A stretch of DNA of 51,299 bases from assembly GCA_039545335.1 (NCBI GenBank), contig BCIN01000007.1, forward strand, positions 992,001-1,043,299, read 5' to 3'. Positions 13,023-27,629 of the stretch are shown here, in pieces. The notes under the pieces were generated by a model. That model saw only the letters and a program-made list of their open reading frames with translations, ran no database searches and was not told where the DNA came from. Position 1 is the stretch's first letter, and every line of letters begins with the position of its first letter. Position numbers and translations under genes: made by a program. This DNA comes from Kondoa subrosea (taxonomy: Eukaryota).

Positions 13023-13763
13023 TCAGTAGCCATCGTCGTCCTTCTCATCCCGACTACTCTGCTGTGATCGATTGAGTTTATTCCTGTAATAATCGTTGTC
13101 TTTCTTGAGAACGGTGAGACGCCAGACAAGGAAAATGCTAAGACAGAAGAAGAAGATGGCCAGAACGCCGGCTGCCACTCTGCGAAGGGTTCAGCTCGTA
13201 AGACATCTCGGAAGAGTACTTACAGTCCCTTCATATATGAGCCCAATTTCTGCCCAGACAAAGTACCTTTGACAGCGCCGATTTGCCAGTTCAGTGTACA
13301 GCCAGATATATCTGTATAACAGCATGTGTCAATTGAGAGTTAAAATACTAAAGAGGCGATGCTCTATTCTTGATGCTTACCTGCGGAATTGCCCATGAAT
13401 TCTAGCGGCGATCATCAGTCACAGTAATAGCACCGGAGCGATAACAAATCGACCTTCTGAAGCATCCGCTATTGAAGAACATTCTTATGAGCCCTTTGTC
13501 TTCATTGATCATCAAGACGAAAGTTGCTTACGAGGAGGAGGAGCTTTCTTCTTCCTGCGAGCAAGACGATGAAGAGGAGATGCTACAGAGACATCATTAT
13601 CATCCGTGTTGAAAGCCAAATCATTGGCATAGGTGACGAGAACGGTATCGATCTTCTCTAATGCCGGCATCAGTTGATTGCGATACGCTGGCCAGCAGCA
13701 GAAGAAGAACAGAGAGCGAAACAAACAGCGCAAAAGGGGATTGAGACAGGAAACGAAAAGCAT
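13023..13763 (-). CDS. Small intron-rich hypothetical membrane protein
   Basis: Several GT..AG introns. The last exons splice to YIWLYTELANRRCQRYFVWAEIGLIYEGLVAAGVLAIFFFCLSIFLVWRLTVLKKDNDYY...DDDGY*, a TM helix followed by basic residues. The 5' exon structure is not resolved. Confidence 0.5.
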
Positions 13764-14250
13764 AGATCAGAAATAGATGTGAGGCGATACAGAACAGCCT
13801 ATGCTGATATTTAGGATAAAACTCTGTAGATAGTCACTGATCACTGATCTATTCAACACTCCTTGTTCCTCGAGTACTTTCGCGATAGTCTGACCTTGCC
13901 AACTTCAGTGATTGAGACAATTTCAGCTACTAGACCAGCTGTTACTTCAAATGCCCACTGATCCTCAATGGAGCTTATAGCTGGCACCTTATGGTAGAAC
14001 AGCAGGCAAGTGCAGCATGAAGAGACAGATGAGCTTCCAAGGTGGTTCGTATAAATAGCAAGATTTCGATAAGGAGAGCAATAGCAGGCAGTCGACTGTC
14101 ACTGAGTAGCCCCTAGGATTGACGTAGGGTTAGCAAAGAGAGACGACTCTAGATTGCAGCGAGTCGACGTACAGGTGCACGAGCACATTCTGAGCTTTTT
14201 CTCACACAGTACTGTCGGACCAAGTCAGCGGCTCTCATATCATAAACATC

Positions 14251-16400
<2,150 letters not shown>

Positions 16401-16707
16401 ATTACAGTTGAATGTTGTTTCGGCGCGTCATATCTCTTTTTGCCCAGTTTTCCCGTTCATCTTGCCAAGTGCCAACCTTGTCAAAAGACTATCTGGACTT
16501 GATATGATCTACTCATTGTTCGTCTAAAGCTTGCCGTTGATTGTCTGCCAAGTATGGCGAACTCTTGTTGTTTTCCCTAGAGTCTTTGTATTTTCTCCCT
16601 TCTTCTTCTCTTCTTCTTCTCATTCAGTCCACTGCTCTTCAAGTTTGCACATCACCCTGCCACTCTTTTACACCCTTCCACTCCTTTAAAAAGCTAAAAT
16701 TCACAAC

Positions 16708-17676
16708 ATGCTCTTCTCAGTCAGCACGATCGCTCTCGTATCAGCCCTTCTCGCATCAGCTGCTCCCATCAAAGAGACCAATGGTGAACGTTTCGCTCGT
16801 AAGCAATTGCACTCGCTTCGTACACGTTTCTAATAGTCCGTCGCAGGAGGCCTTGGACCAATGCCGCCTTCTCGAGTTGGACGAGCTCTCCACGCTCGCC
16901 AATCTCCTGGTCTCCCTGAGCCACCAGTAATGCCCGTATCTCCTTTCCCTGCTGGCTTGGTAAATTCAATGGTACAAATATGTTTTCTGTCTGATATTTA
17001 GTCATCTAGACCTTCACAAGCACTCAAGACGTTCAAGCTGATCCTAATCAAATCATCAATTCCATGCGTCCGTACTCAGCGGTTAAACTGCAAGAGCATC
17101 TGACGTTCTTAATCAGAAATGCCTGTTGCTGGTTTGGCTGGTGCTACTGGTCGCTTCCAATTCGGCCTCAACTCTGTCAGCGACTATATCTGCTATGTAT
17201 GCTCCTTCTCTACCCTGCAGGTGTGCGCTCACAGCATGACAGGATATCGAACTTTTCGGATTCCCCGCTGCTGAAGATTTAGAATACGTTTCTCCCGCTA
17301 GAACAGCTACTCACATCCATGAAAATCCAGTGGGAAGACAAGGACGTTAGTATCAGTTCCTTTGCGACGCTTGCTATGTGCTGAATCTATCTCTAGCTCC
17401 TCGCATCGCTTTCCCTAACCCTCAATACAACAACGAGGGCAGATTGGTCTCTAGAGGTTGCCTCTTTGGTCCATTTGAAACTGGTCTCAAAACTGCTGGC
17501 ACCACTACCGATACTGGAGCTGGCTTTACCATTGCTATGCTCGAAGCTGTGAGTTTTGCGAGTTCATATTTTCCTTCAGTCGCTTATAAACCGTTCAGAA
17601 CCCTGAAAGATATAGCACCGACACTCATCTAGCCGCTCCTTATACCGCTGGTGCCGTTAGAGGTCAACTCAAGTGA
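16708..17676 (+). CDS. Secreted CHRD-domain protein
   Basis: Signal peptide MLFSVSTIALVSALLASAAP. The spliced domain contains ICYDI, TATHIHE, PRIAFPNP, GCLFGPFETG and terminal GAVRGQLK, which fit fungal CHRD proteins. Confidence 0.8.
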
Positions 17677-17858
17677 GAATGAGGTACTAAGGAGTATTCA
17701 GGGAAGTAGGATCTTGATTCGTTATAGTCTGCATCGTCATTTGCGAAGTTCTAGTCCCTACCGAAGTGCACTCATGCTTGCGGGATACCATCAGTATCCG
17801 CCATGCGGATACGAGTAGCATTTTGGGATCTGCCTTTCGAAATGAGTTGTCTCAGACC

Positions 17859-19738
17859 ATGACTCGCTCAAAACCCAAAGCCTTCCGGCGATTCGGCGAC
17901 CTACCAAGCGAGCTTCGCGAGATGGTAGTGCTAGAGGCTGCAGAGAATGCTCCTCAGAGATGTGAGTTGATAAGCCAGACCCTAAAGAAGCGCCATACCA
18001 AACTGTCGCACAGTCTCTGCGCTTGCCGCCTACCCTCACACGCTACTCACTCAAGACTACTTAGCTACCTTGTGCAAGCTGGTCCAGGTCTCTCGCGAAT
18101 TCCACTCGATTTTATCGCATTTGTATTATGCTCAAGCTTTCATGGATTCTTGGGAGCAGCTGGCTATGTGGCTAAATTTGCCTTCCCTGGACAGAAAAAG
18201 AAGCTCCAGTCTCAAGCAAATTCACTTTGATATGTATGCAACCGATTTTATGGCCAGCGATAGTGCCTGTCGCTTTCAAAAAGTGCTGGAGCTTTGCGAG
18301 CATCTGCGCTTCATCACAATCAATGTTATTTGCGAAGAAACTGAAGCTGAGCAAGCTCTGGCATTTCGAGATGCAGTGAATGACAAGTGCGCAGCATTAG
18401 CAGATGATCTACACGCGACAACATTGCTTTATCATGTGAAGGGTTTGGACGGTCGTATATACAAGCGAGGGTCCAGCATCAGCGATGTCACTCATGCGTC
18501 GACACCTGGCCTTAAAACACTAATGTCAATTCTGGACGGTGACCCAGAAGAAGGAGGTATCACTTGCATTGCGCAGACCGGCATCTACTGGTTTCGAGAA
18601 AATGAAAAGATCCCTCAATCCTTCTGGTCAAATTTGACGAGCCTTTTTCTCGAGCGCGAAGATTTGGATGAAAGGGTGGTGTCCGAAATTCTCCATCAGG
18701 TAGCTCCGAAATTGCAACACCTTGTGATACCTAGCGAATTGGATGACACCTGTCTCGTTAGCTTGCAGCAAATGCCTAGTTTGACAGACATGGTGATAGG
18801 TTTACATCCGCATGCCGGGAAAGTTCTGGCTGGATTTACTTTCCCTCCCACTCTTCAGCGTCTGAAGCTGATCTGTCAATGCCGTCTCATCAGTCTTGCA
18901 ACCTTAGGTCCCTTTCTGACTCCCTGCCTCGCCCATTCACCGCTACTTACGGAGTTGGATATCGTTCTGCCCGACAACATTGGATTCTTCTCTATTCATG
19001 CGACCGACGCCGACGTACCGAATACATGTCACTGTATCGACTCTGGAATTCTTCTCCAGCAGGACATTGTCTCGAGGATTATCAACCTCTTCTTTTGCAA
19101 TTGTTAAGAACTGAATTTGGCGACGATTTGGCTGGCCTCAAGAATGCGATACAATCAGGAGTAGAAGAGTCGGATGAATCGATCAGTCTTCTGGATCTCA
19201 TAGGCATCATGTTTGCCAAATTGAGGTATCAAGCTTCTTTGGCAGGTATTAGGTTGACGGTGAAAGCGGATGTATCTCCGTTTGAAATCAATGGGCCAAG
19301 TGTATGTCTCTCCCTAGCCAGCTTCCGTCCCTCGCTTGGACTTACCTGTTTTTTGAAGTATCTCATAACGGACTATTTCCCGATCACAAGATCGTTGCCT
19401 TCTCCTCGACGTGGGCAGAAACGCAAACCTCTTGTTCGCAAACGTGGCTCAACTTACGCGAAACCTAGACTCAAGCATGTATTCTATTTTCGCGTTAACG
19501 CATTGAGCCAATGCTGATGCAAATCGGTAGCTTCCACTGACAGAGTACCACTTTCAGCACAGAGTGGTACGATCTACGAGGACACAAGAGGAACGTGGAA
19601 GCTCCGTGTTTAGCGAGCTCAGTAGTAATGTAAGTCAATCATCCCGTTTCTCACTTTGCTAGCGCTTAGTCTTATTTAATTCAGCGAATTCGATGGAAAA
19701 CTACACAACTGTCGCAGTATTGGTCAAGCAAGTCTTGA
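17859..19738 (+). CDS. F-box-like/LRR-like protein, copy A; apparent frameshift near 18979 (pseudogene or sequence error)
   Basis: N-terminal FGDLPSELREMVVLEA (F-box-like) and LxxLxL repeats. It is collinear with the copy at 31604-33230. The 3' end (19662 or 19738) is uncertain. Confidence 0.65.
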
Positions 19739-20063
19739 GCTGGGAAACGCGAGTTATAGGCGATACATCATGTTGTTTTGGCTCAATCCTTTTTCTGAGG
19801 CTTCCTTTCGCGAAGCCAGTACAGTCTAGTTAATGACAGCAAGTGCTACGTACTCATTTCCATAGCTCTGCATGGTTTCGTCGGTTGCTTCATCCGACCC
19901 TTTGCCGCGTACATGAGCTCGAATCTCTTTGACTTGGACCATTCAGATTCGTTTGACTGATCTTGCTTGTTGGCTTCATTACAAAAGCTAACCCTAAGTG
20001 AGATAATCAACGCATCAAGCAACCCTCTATACACTCTTTGAATAAACCTCGAAAACATACACA

Positions 20064-22508
20064 ATGTGAGCCTTTTGCCTCTTCTTGGGTCTCTTTGAGG
20101 CAGGCTCTGAGGCACACGAGGATGGCAGGCCTGCGTAAGCCATGATAAAGACGCGCTTGTCCCTGCTTTCCATGCTGTTGTACCATTCTGGCTCGCGGTC
20201 GAGCCTTTCTATTCACACCTCTTTTTTCCCTCGAAGCTCTGCGTGAGTGTACTGAGCTGATGTCCTTGTGTCTCTGCAAACAGGCGTGAAGTTATCTCCA
20301 TCCGTAAGCAGCTCAATACTTGTGAGGAAGCACCCTATATCAACTTTTGTATCTCACAGACGTCGGTCAGGCTGGTTGCCAGGTCAGTAAACTCTGCATA
20401 GCTGGCGACTTATGCTTACCGTTGAGATGTCACTGACAGATTGGTAACGCCTGCTGGGAATTGTTAGTCGAGCTATATTCTGGTTGAACATAGCTCAAAG
20501 CAGTTGCAGATACACCCTCGAACACGGTTTGAGCGTCAGCAATATCTCAACTTACAGCGGCTCATACTGATTTTCAACTTCATAGCCCGACGGTCGCGTT
20601 CTGGCTGCTTCTCCGTCTCAGGTAGGTAATAATCGGCCGCGTGTCGAGAGCAATTCTCAAGACCTTTGCTTCACAGAACGATGATGGTTTCACTACCTTC
20701 TTCAGCGAAACCGGTTCTGGCAAACATGTGTACGCAAATTCAAGCCCGCCGCAATGTCATGCTGAAAATAATATTAAACAGTCCTCGTTCTATCTACGTC
20801 GATCTTGAACCCAATGTTATTGACTCCGTCAAGACTGGTACCTTCAGAAGCTTGTTCCACCCTGAAAGTCAGTTACTTTGTGAAAAAGTTTAGTCTGAAG
20901 CTGAGATTACCTGTTGAATAGCTATGATTAGTGGAAAGGAAGATGCTGCTAATAACTGTACGCAAGTCAATGGCTTTTGAGAAGCCGCCCTGAATGATAA
21001 GACAGACGCTCGTGGTCACTACACTGTTGGAAAGGAATTGATCGACACTGTTCTTGATCGTCTTCGCAAGCTCGCTGATGCCTGCAGCGGTCTTCAAGTC
21101 GGTCTTGAACACCAATGAAACGCTACTTACAGCTAAAGACATTTGATTAGGGCTTCTTCGTTTTCCACTCATTTGGTGGTGGAACTGGTTCCGGTTTCGG
21201 TGCCCTTCTACTCGAACGTCTATCAACCGACTACGGAAAGAAGAGCAAGCTGGAATTCGCTGTCTACCCGGCTCCTAGAATGTCCAACTCGGTTGTAGAG
21301 CCTTACAACACTGTTTTGACAACTCATACTACTCTCGAGCATGTCGGTATGTGCTGTTCGTTGTCATTTCCAAGCACTTGCTGACAGTCGATGAAGACTG
21401 CTCTTTCATGGTCGATAATGAAGCTATCTACGATATCTGCAGAAAGAACCTCAACGTTCCCAGCCCGGGTTACACAAACTTGAACAGATTGATTGCTCAA
21501 GTCGTTTCTTCCATCACCGCTTCATTGCGTTTCGATGGCAGCTTGAACGTCGATCTAAACGAGTTCCAGACCAACTTGGTGGTAAGCTAATTCTTCATCT
21601 ACATTACCAGTCAGCTGAAGACATGCATCAATAGCCTTTCCCTAGAATTCATTTCCCTCGTGAGTTGGGGAAGGAGAATACAAATTGATTGTTTCCTCAC
21701 TCATGTTATCACAGTCGCTACATATTCGCCAATCTTGAGCGCCGAACGCGCTCTTCACGAGCAGAACTCTGTCGCTGAAATGACTTTCGCTTGCTGTACG
21801 CTCGGTCTTCCAGTATCGGTGATTTCGAGCTGACAGCGTTATAAAGTCCAACCTGGTCTAACGATGGTCAAGTGCGATCCTCGTCAAGGCAAATACATGG
21901 CTTGCGCTCTTCTTTACCGTGGAGATGTCGTGCCAAAGGGTAAGCCTTCATTATATGTTGACTTTTGGTGCGCTAAACTCTTCTATGTAGATGTCAACGC
22001 TGCTGTTGCTTCGTACGTGCCTTTTGATGTCGTCGTTATGCCATACTGAGCTTCATTATAGCATCAAGACCAAGCGAACTATCTCCTTCGTCGATTGTGA
22101 GTTCTAATTTTCACATGTAGTATCCTATCTAATTCGCTCTTACAGGGTGCCCGTACGTTCTCTAATGATTTGATTGTATATCTATCTCAATGTTTGCCCA
22201 GAACTGGTTTCAAGCTCGGTATCTGCAACGAACCCCCGACTCAGGTTCCAGGCGGAGATCTCGCTAAAGTCTCGCGCTCAGTTTGCACCCTTTCCAATAC
22301 TACCGCCATTGCTTCTGCTTGGTCTCGTCTCGACCACAAATTCGATCTCCTGTACTCTAAGCGTGCCTTCGTTCATTGGTTCGTCGGCGAGGGTATGGAA
22401 GAAGGAGAGTTTAGCGAAGCCAGAGAGGACTTGGCTGCCCTTGAGAAGGACTATGAAGAAGTCGCCATGGACGGTGAAGAGGAACCAGAGGAAGGTGATG
22501 CGTACTAG
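20064..22508 (+). CDS. TUB1: Alpha-tubulin, 19 coding exons
   Basis: [79 protein letters not shown] and an acidic tail ending in Y. Confidence 0.98.
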
Positions 22509-22806
22509 GGGTCGAATTCGTAAAGTTTCGGATAGAGTTGCACTAATTCAGGTTTTCGGTTATGCTTTGCCTTCACTCTGCTTGCATTAAGCCCTGCACT
22601 GGTGCCTTTGGTTCTCAACGATGCCCTCATATGCCTAGCTGTAACTCTCATACATGGGCTTTGCACTTTGATGGTCTGTGTTGATGATGATTGACTGTCC
22701 CTACACAAATTGAACGCAGCATGCAAGGAATCGGCAATGACATAGACGGTCTCGAAACATTCAGCCGACGAGTTGTTCTAGTGCTAGAATTGCTGTTATG
22801 CTTAAT

Positions 22807-24615
22807 CTACAAATCCATTTCGTCTTCATCCAAGTTCCCGTCCAGAATGTCCTGCGACTCGAAAGATCAGACACCAAGCTGGACAAAGATGAGCTGTCTT
22901 ACCTGAGCTGTCTCTTTTTCTCTCTGTCTTGCTTCTTCCGCTGAATCTTTCTCCTTCTTCTCAGCTTGCTTTGGATATCTCATAGCCTGACAGAGAGACA
23001 GAAAGATCAGCGAGCGACTCATCTCCTACGCGCAGAAAGCCCAACTCACCTTGACGCTTTCGTTTCTCAAATTCAAGCAAAACTTGATTCGCTCATCGAA
23101 CGCTCTCATCGGTTCCGCCGTTCCATAAACATCCGTCACTTCCGAGCTTCTCATAACACCCTTTTCATGATCCAAAGCAGCTTCAATCACTCCATCCCTA
23201 ATCGCTTTAGCAACCACATATTCCGCTTCTTCTTCAGAATCCAAACCCAATTTTTCACTAATCAAAGATAATGGGATTTTAGAGTAAGCCAAAGAAATAG
23301 TTCTTAAAGCAGTCTTGATAACATTATGTCTTAATCGAACAATCAAGGAATAAGTTGAGTCGTTTTTGAAACCTTGAGTTCCATTTTCCAATGCTGTAGT
23401 GAAAGCGTTCAGATCTCCAATTCGAACTGCTTGAACTACTGGTAGATAAGGTTTAAGGGCATTGTGTAGTACCGGATGACGAAACAAAGATCGAGCAGGA
23501 ATATCGCCCATGAGCAATTCGACAACGATAGCTAATTTGTGAATGGTTTGATAAAAACCTGGTGCGATGGTTGGTTGTGGCGCACGACGAATTGCTTGTT
23601 GTAAGGAATTGTGCGCCTCAGTGTATCGAAGTTGAATAGCTCGCAATCGACCAACGTTGTAGAACCATCTTGCCAACTGAGCATTCAATGCGTTGGTTGG
23701 GAAATTAGTCTTGCTGATCAATTTGTCTGCTTGGTCAAATAAGTTTTGGGCGTAGTAAGATCGGAGTAAGAGATTTAAAAGGGTAGCAAGAGAGTCGTCA
23801 TCCCGACGAAGGGCGGCAGTCTGTTGTGCTGCGAGGAGAGTAGGACGAATTTCTGCTAGACCTGATGCACCAGAAGAAATTTCGTGGAAGCGAGAATAGT
23901 AGAAGTAGATTTTCGCTGCTATTTGATCGAGAGATCTTCGATTGAGCGTTTGAAGACGTTTGACGGTATGATCAGCCAAAGCAAGACCCTGTGCCACGGG
24001 AAATAACCCAATTAGCTCCAAGCTAATGCATGGCCATCATCGCGCACCTGTTCTTTCATGTTTTGGTCAAGCAGGAAGACCAGAACCAACAATGTAGAGT
24101 AGACGTCTGCTTCTGGAGTGATAGCTGTAGGTGGTTTGACTGCCTCCGTTGTTTCCGCACTAGCGGCAGCGTCGTCCACTTCCATCTCGCTTGTAGCAGC
24201 AGGGGCATCAGGCAGGAGCGAGAACAAGAGCTGCCTTTGATGAGAATCTGAATAATGACAACCCATCAGCTGAGCCCAGTAGACAGGGTTGACTGAGCTC
24301 ACCTTTGGGATACTGCGAGTCTAGGATCTCCTTCAACTTATTGACATCTAGCCTTTTCCTGATGGAGGGCAGTAGCTTCAAGACTCTTGTAATGAAGCGT
24401 GGTTCGAGCAGATTGACGCTCTCTTGTATCAGAGCATAGCAGGCCTTGACATCTGTGTGCAGCACAGACAGATGAGCACACTTGGGAATTCACCTCGATA
24501 ACCTCAACCTCTGACCTTGTTGGACCGTTCTCGGTACTGGGACTGGCTTGTCTTCCTTCTTGTCCTCTACTGCCTTGCTCTCGTCTTTCTTTTCCTCCTT
24601 CTTTGTATCTACCAT
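22807..24615 (-). CDS. RPN3: 26S proteasome lid subunit Rpn3 (PCI domain)
   Basis: LNRRSLDQIAAKIYFYY, TAALRRD, ELLMGDIP, LIVRLRHNVIKTALR, EEAEYVVAKAIRDGVIEA and FDERIKFCLNLRNESVKAMRYP. Confidence 0.96.
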
Positions 24616-24845
24616 CGCTATTCGTGTTCAAGCATGACGCGGCCTCAGTTTCTTTGACAAAGTCGAATCATGTGGCTCTCTGCGCTGCATGCTCCCTCGT
24701 CACCTTTATCTACCAGTCACTATCCTTGCACAATGCCCATTTGTCTACTCTAGTTTCCCAGTTTCACTCTTACTCCAATTCCCATCAACTATCCCAAGTC
24801 CTGATCCAGAAGCGTACTGCATTCTCCTACCTTCAGAATCTCTTC

Positions 24846-25982
24846 TTATATGAAAAGAATCCTCGTTTTGTTCGTAAACGAGATCGCGCTATCAAGTGAT
24901 TCAACCAAGCTGTTTCTACTTCTTTCACTTGTTGCAGCTGGAACCAAAGGCGCACTTCCGGCGCTATTGTTCACCTAGTCAGAGAGGTTGAACCTTATGT
25001 CAGGCTTGGAAACGTACAAGAAGGAAGCTTCAGTCACGTCTGCTTTGGGTGGTTTAGGTTTCCTTCTTTTATAGCGACGGACACCAATCATACCGATCAA
25101 CAACAGGAGAAGAACTGCTCCGCTTTGTCAGAACGATCCAACAGAGGAGCGAAAGGAAAAGAAACTTTACCTATTCGTACTATAATGCCTGTGATTGCTA
25201 ATCCGTTTAGACCTGAATTGGATTGATTTTGGCTGGATTTACTCGCTGCCTCGGTTGCAGAAGTATCTGTAGTAGAAGAAGAAAGTGTCTGTGGGCTGCC
25301 GAACGAGGGGTCCGATGTTTGGCTGTTCGAAAGAGCCGATATTGTTGCAATGGCTATATCATGTTTAGTCAAATCTAATCGAATAGCCTGGAAGGTACGT
25401 ACACTGATTCATATTCCCAATCACAGGCTCTGTTGAAAGTGTATTGAAGCCTTGGACCGAATTGAATCTACTTGCGGTGCTGCTTGTCCCTCCACTCCCA
25501 GCAATGGTCGGTGTTCCAGCCGATTCTTCTCCTTGACTAGCCTCAATCTGTGATGGAAGAGCTGGTCGACTAGTACTGCTTGATGCTGTTTCACCAGGCG
25601 CATCTTTAGCGGGGTTGTTCGATATGACAAATGGAGGTGGATCGACTTCTTTCGTCGCTACTTGCGTGGGAGTAGAAGTTCTGGATGTCTGCCTTTGCTC
25701 TGTTGTCTTTCGCTGAACCGTCGCTTGAGTTGGTTGATCATTGCTTTCCGGGTCTTGATCTTCTCCCGCATACCCTCCATCTGTTGGCTCTTCATTTCCA
25801 TCGTCTGGGCTATCTGGAGTATCCGGGCTGTCTGGGCTGTCTGAACTATCAGGGCTATCTCCTTCGTCTCTATACCTTCCACCTCTGTTCCTTCGACCTT
25901 CTTCCTCGTCATATCCGTGTCGGTATTGTCGTGTATTGTGAATGCGGTCCTTCCGACGAGGTATCAATAATGTGTTCCTCAT
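24846..25982 (-). CDS. Single-pass membrane protein with an acidic and S/T-rich ectodomain-like region
   Basis: ORFs 25365-26006 and 25097-25372 contain DSP repeats and an S/T-rich stretch. After splicing they give GLNGLAITGII...GAVLLLLLIGMIGVRRYKRRK (TM plus basic cluster). Ends are approximate. Confidence 0.65.
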
Positions 25983-26283
25983 ACTAGCATTCAAAGCATG
26001 AGGCAAAGATCATGGCTCGAGCTGCGCAAAATCGATGAAGAGCTCGTAACTAATAACCCTTCGCCTTTGTTTCTTGGAAAGAATCCAGCATAGACCTGAT
26101 ATTAAGAATCACGACTCTTAGCACTCGTGAGCAAGTATGTTTGAGAACACCCGTGTTCAGAAGTCAACTTCTGTTTGCTGATTATATGGGAAGTCATGAT
26201 CTTCGCGCTCACCATGGTCAAAGTAGAACAGCATATAATTGCAACCGAAAGCCCAGATCTGAAATACACATGCCTGTAACGCA

Positions 26284-27629
26284 CTATCTATATGCGCTTT
26301 CCCTGAACCCGCTCGGAGCATTTCTTCCAAAGTGAGTAGAAGGAGCCATACTTTCGTTCCGGATGGGCGGATTAATGCTAGCTACACTTCCAATCTCTGG
26401 AGCTGGAATAATAGACGTTCTAGGTCTAAAAACGGTAGAAGGAGCGAAAGTATTTCGGTTGTTGTCTTCGCCTTCAAAGTGCATAGAATGACGAGGTGCT
26501 CTAGTACCATTATCAGTGACGAAAGTTTCTCTGTCGTCTAGATCGAGTTCAGTTGGGTAGCCAATGCTGTGATCTGCTAATTCTTCTCTTGTGTTGCCGA
26601 AACTAAGCAAGTCATGAGCTTTGCCTTGCGCCACGCAGTAACCAATGACTTACCTGCCTGGAGTAGAGTTAGAGCTGCGACGAGATCCCTTCTCATCCAT
26701 GTCTAGGTACCCAGGACGGTTTCTTCGCTTGCGCCTACGCAAAAAGAGGAAGAGTGCGAGCAAGCCTAGAACCAGTATTACTGCCGTAGTCAAGGTCAGC
26801 GATATATCGTCGGAAGGATGTAAAACCTTACGAGCGACAACAATTCCAGCGATCAATCCACCTGAATTCGTTCCACCGCCTTTCTTCGTCTCTTGATTTG
26901 CTTGTTCTGCAACTCCAGGAGCACCATTATCTGGTGGGCCAATCGAGTCAGCTGCAGACAGATCTGTAGCAGAAGCTTGATCCGCGACGGTAGCTGCAGT
27001 AGCAGGCGGGGTAGTGATAGCTCCAGGGTTATCATCCGTTGGTGTTTCAGTTTGGCGAGGAATAGCAGCTGGAGTCGATTGATCGCCTGAGACTATGATC
27101 TTCATCAGTAAGGAATAGCGATTGGGTACAACGCAATACTTACCTGTATGATCAGAAGGTGAATTCTTTTCACCGTTTCCAGCATCGGATGGCTTTTGGC
27201 GTGGAGATCTGCTACCGCTTGCGTCTGCTCCAGAATCAGGACGCCTTTGACCTCCTGCTAGCAAGTCAATATTGGAATGTTCACAAGAAAATGCTACATC
27301 CACTTACCGGCATCACCTCCTCGTTGATGATCGCACGGTTTACCATCACGCCCATTGTCAGCTCCTTGATTTTGACCATCTTCTGCTGAACCTTGCCCAA
27401 AACGTTGATGTTGTCCGAATCCAAAGCCTTGTCCCGATTCTTGTCCATTGCCCGAATCTTCTCCTTCACCTAAAGCGTTGGAAATCATACTGGCTAGACC
27501 TCCATCTTCTTCACCAGTGGAGCGGTCTGCTCCGTGCTGGGCATCTTCGCCTGTATTCCCTTGCGACGGATTGAGCTGCTTCTTGATAAGCTTCCTACGA
27601 TGATGACGACGATGGAAATGGGAGTGCAT
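26284..27629 (-). CDS. Single-pass membrane protein with a G/D/Q- and T/P/A-rich N-terminal region
   Basis: MHSHFHRRHHRRKLIKK..., exons in ORFs 27294-27758, 26650-27303 and 26284-26634, and the TM segment GGLIAGIVVA/..LVLGLLALFLFLRRRKRRNR. Confidence 0.7.

Noticed and set aside
17066..17116. Possible GC-AG intron in the CHRD gene
   Set aside because: A GT donor two bases later (ATGC|gtccgt) gives the correct frame.
20066..20283. Intronic snoRNA or stwintron in the long tubulin intron
   Set aside because: No clear C/D or H/ACA boxes, and no interrupted-donor arrangement that I could reconstruct.
25800..25865. Short tandem repeat (gggctgtct/gggctatct units)
   Set aside because: It encodes DSP peptide repeats within a CDS and has no spacers, so it is not a CRISPR array or mobile element.
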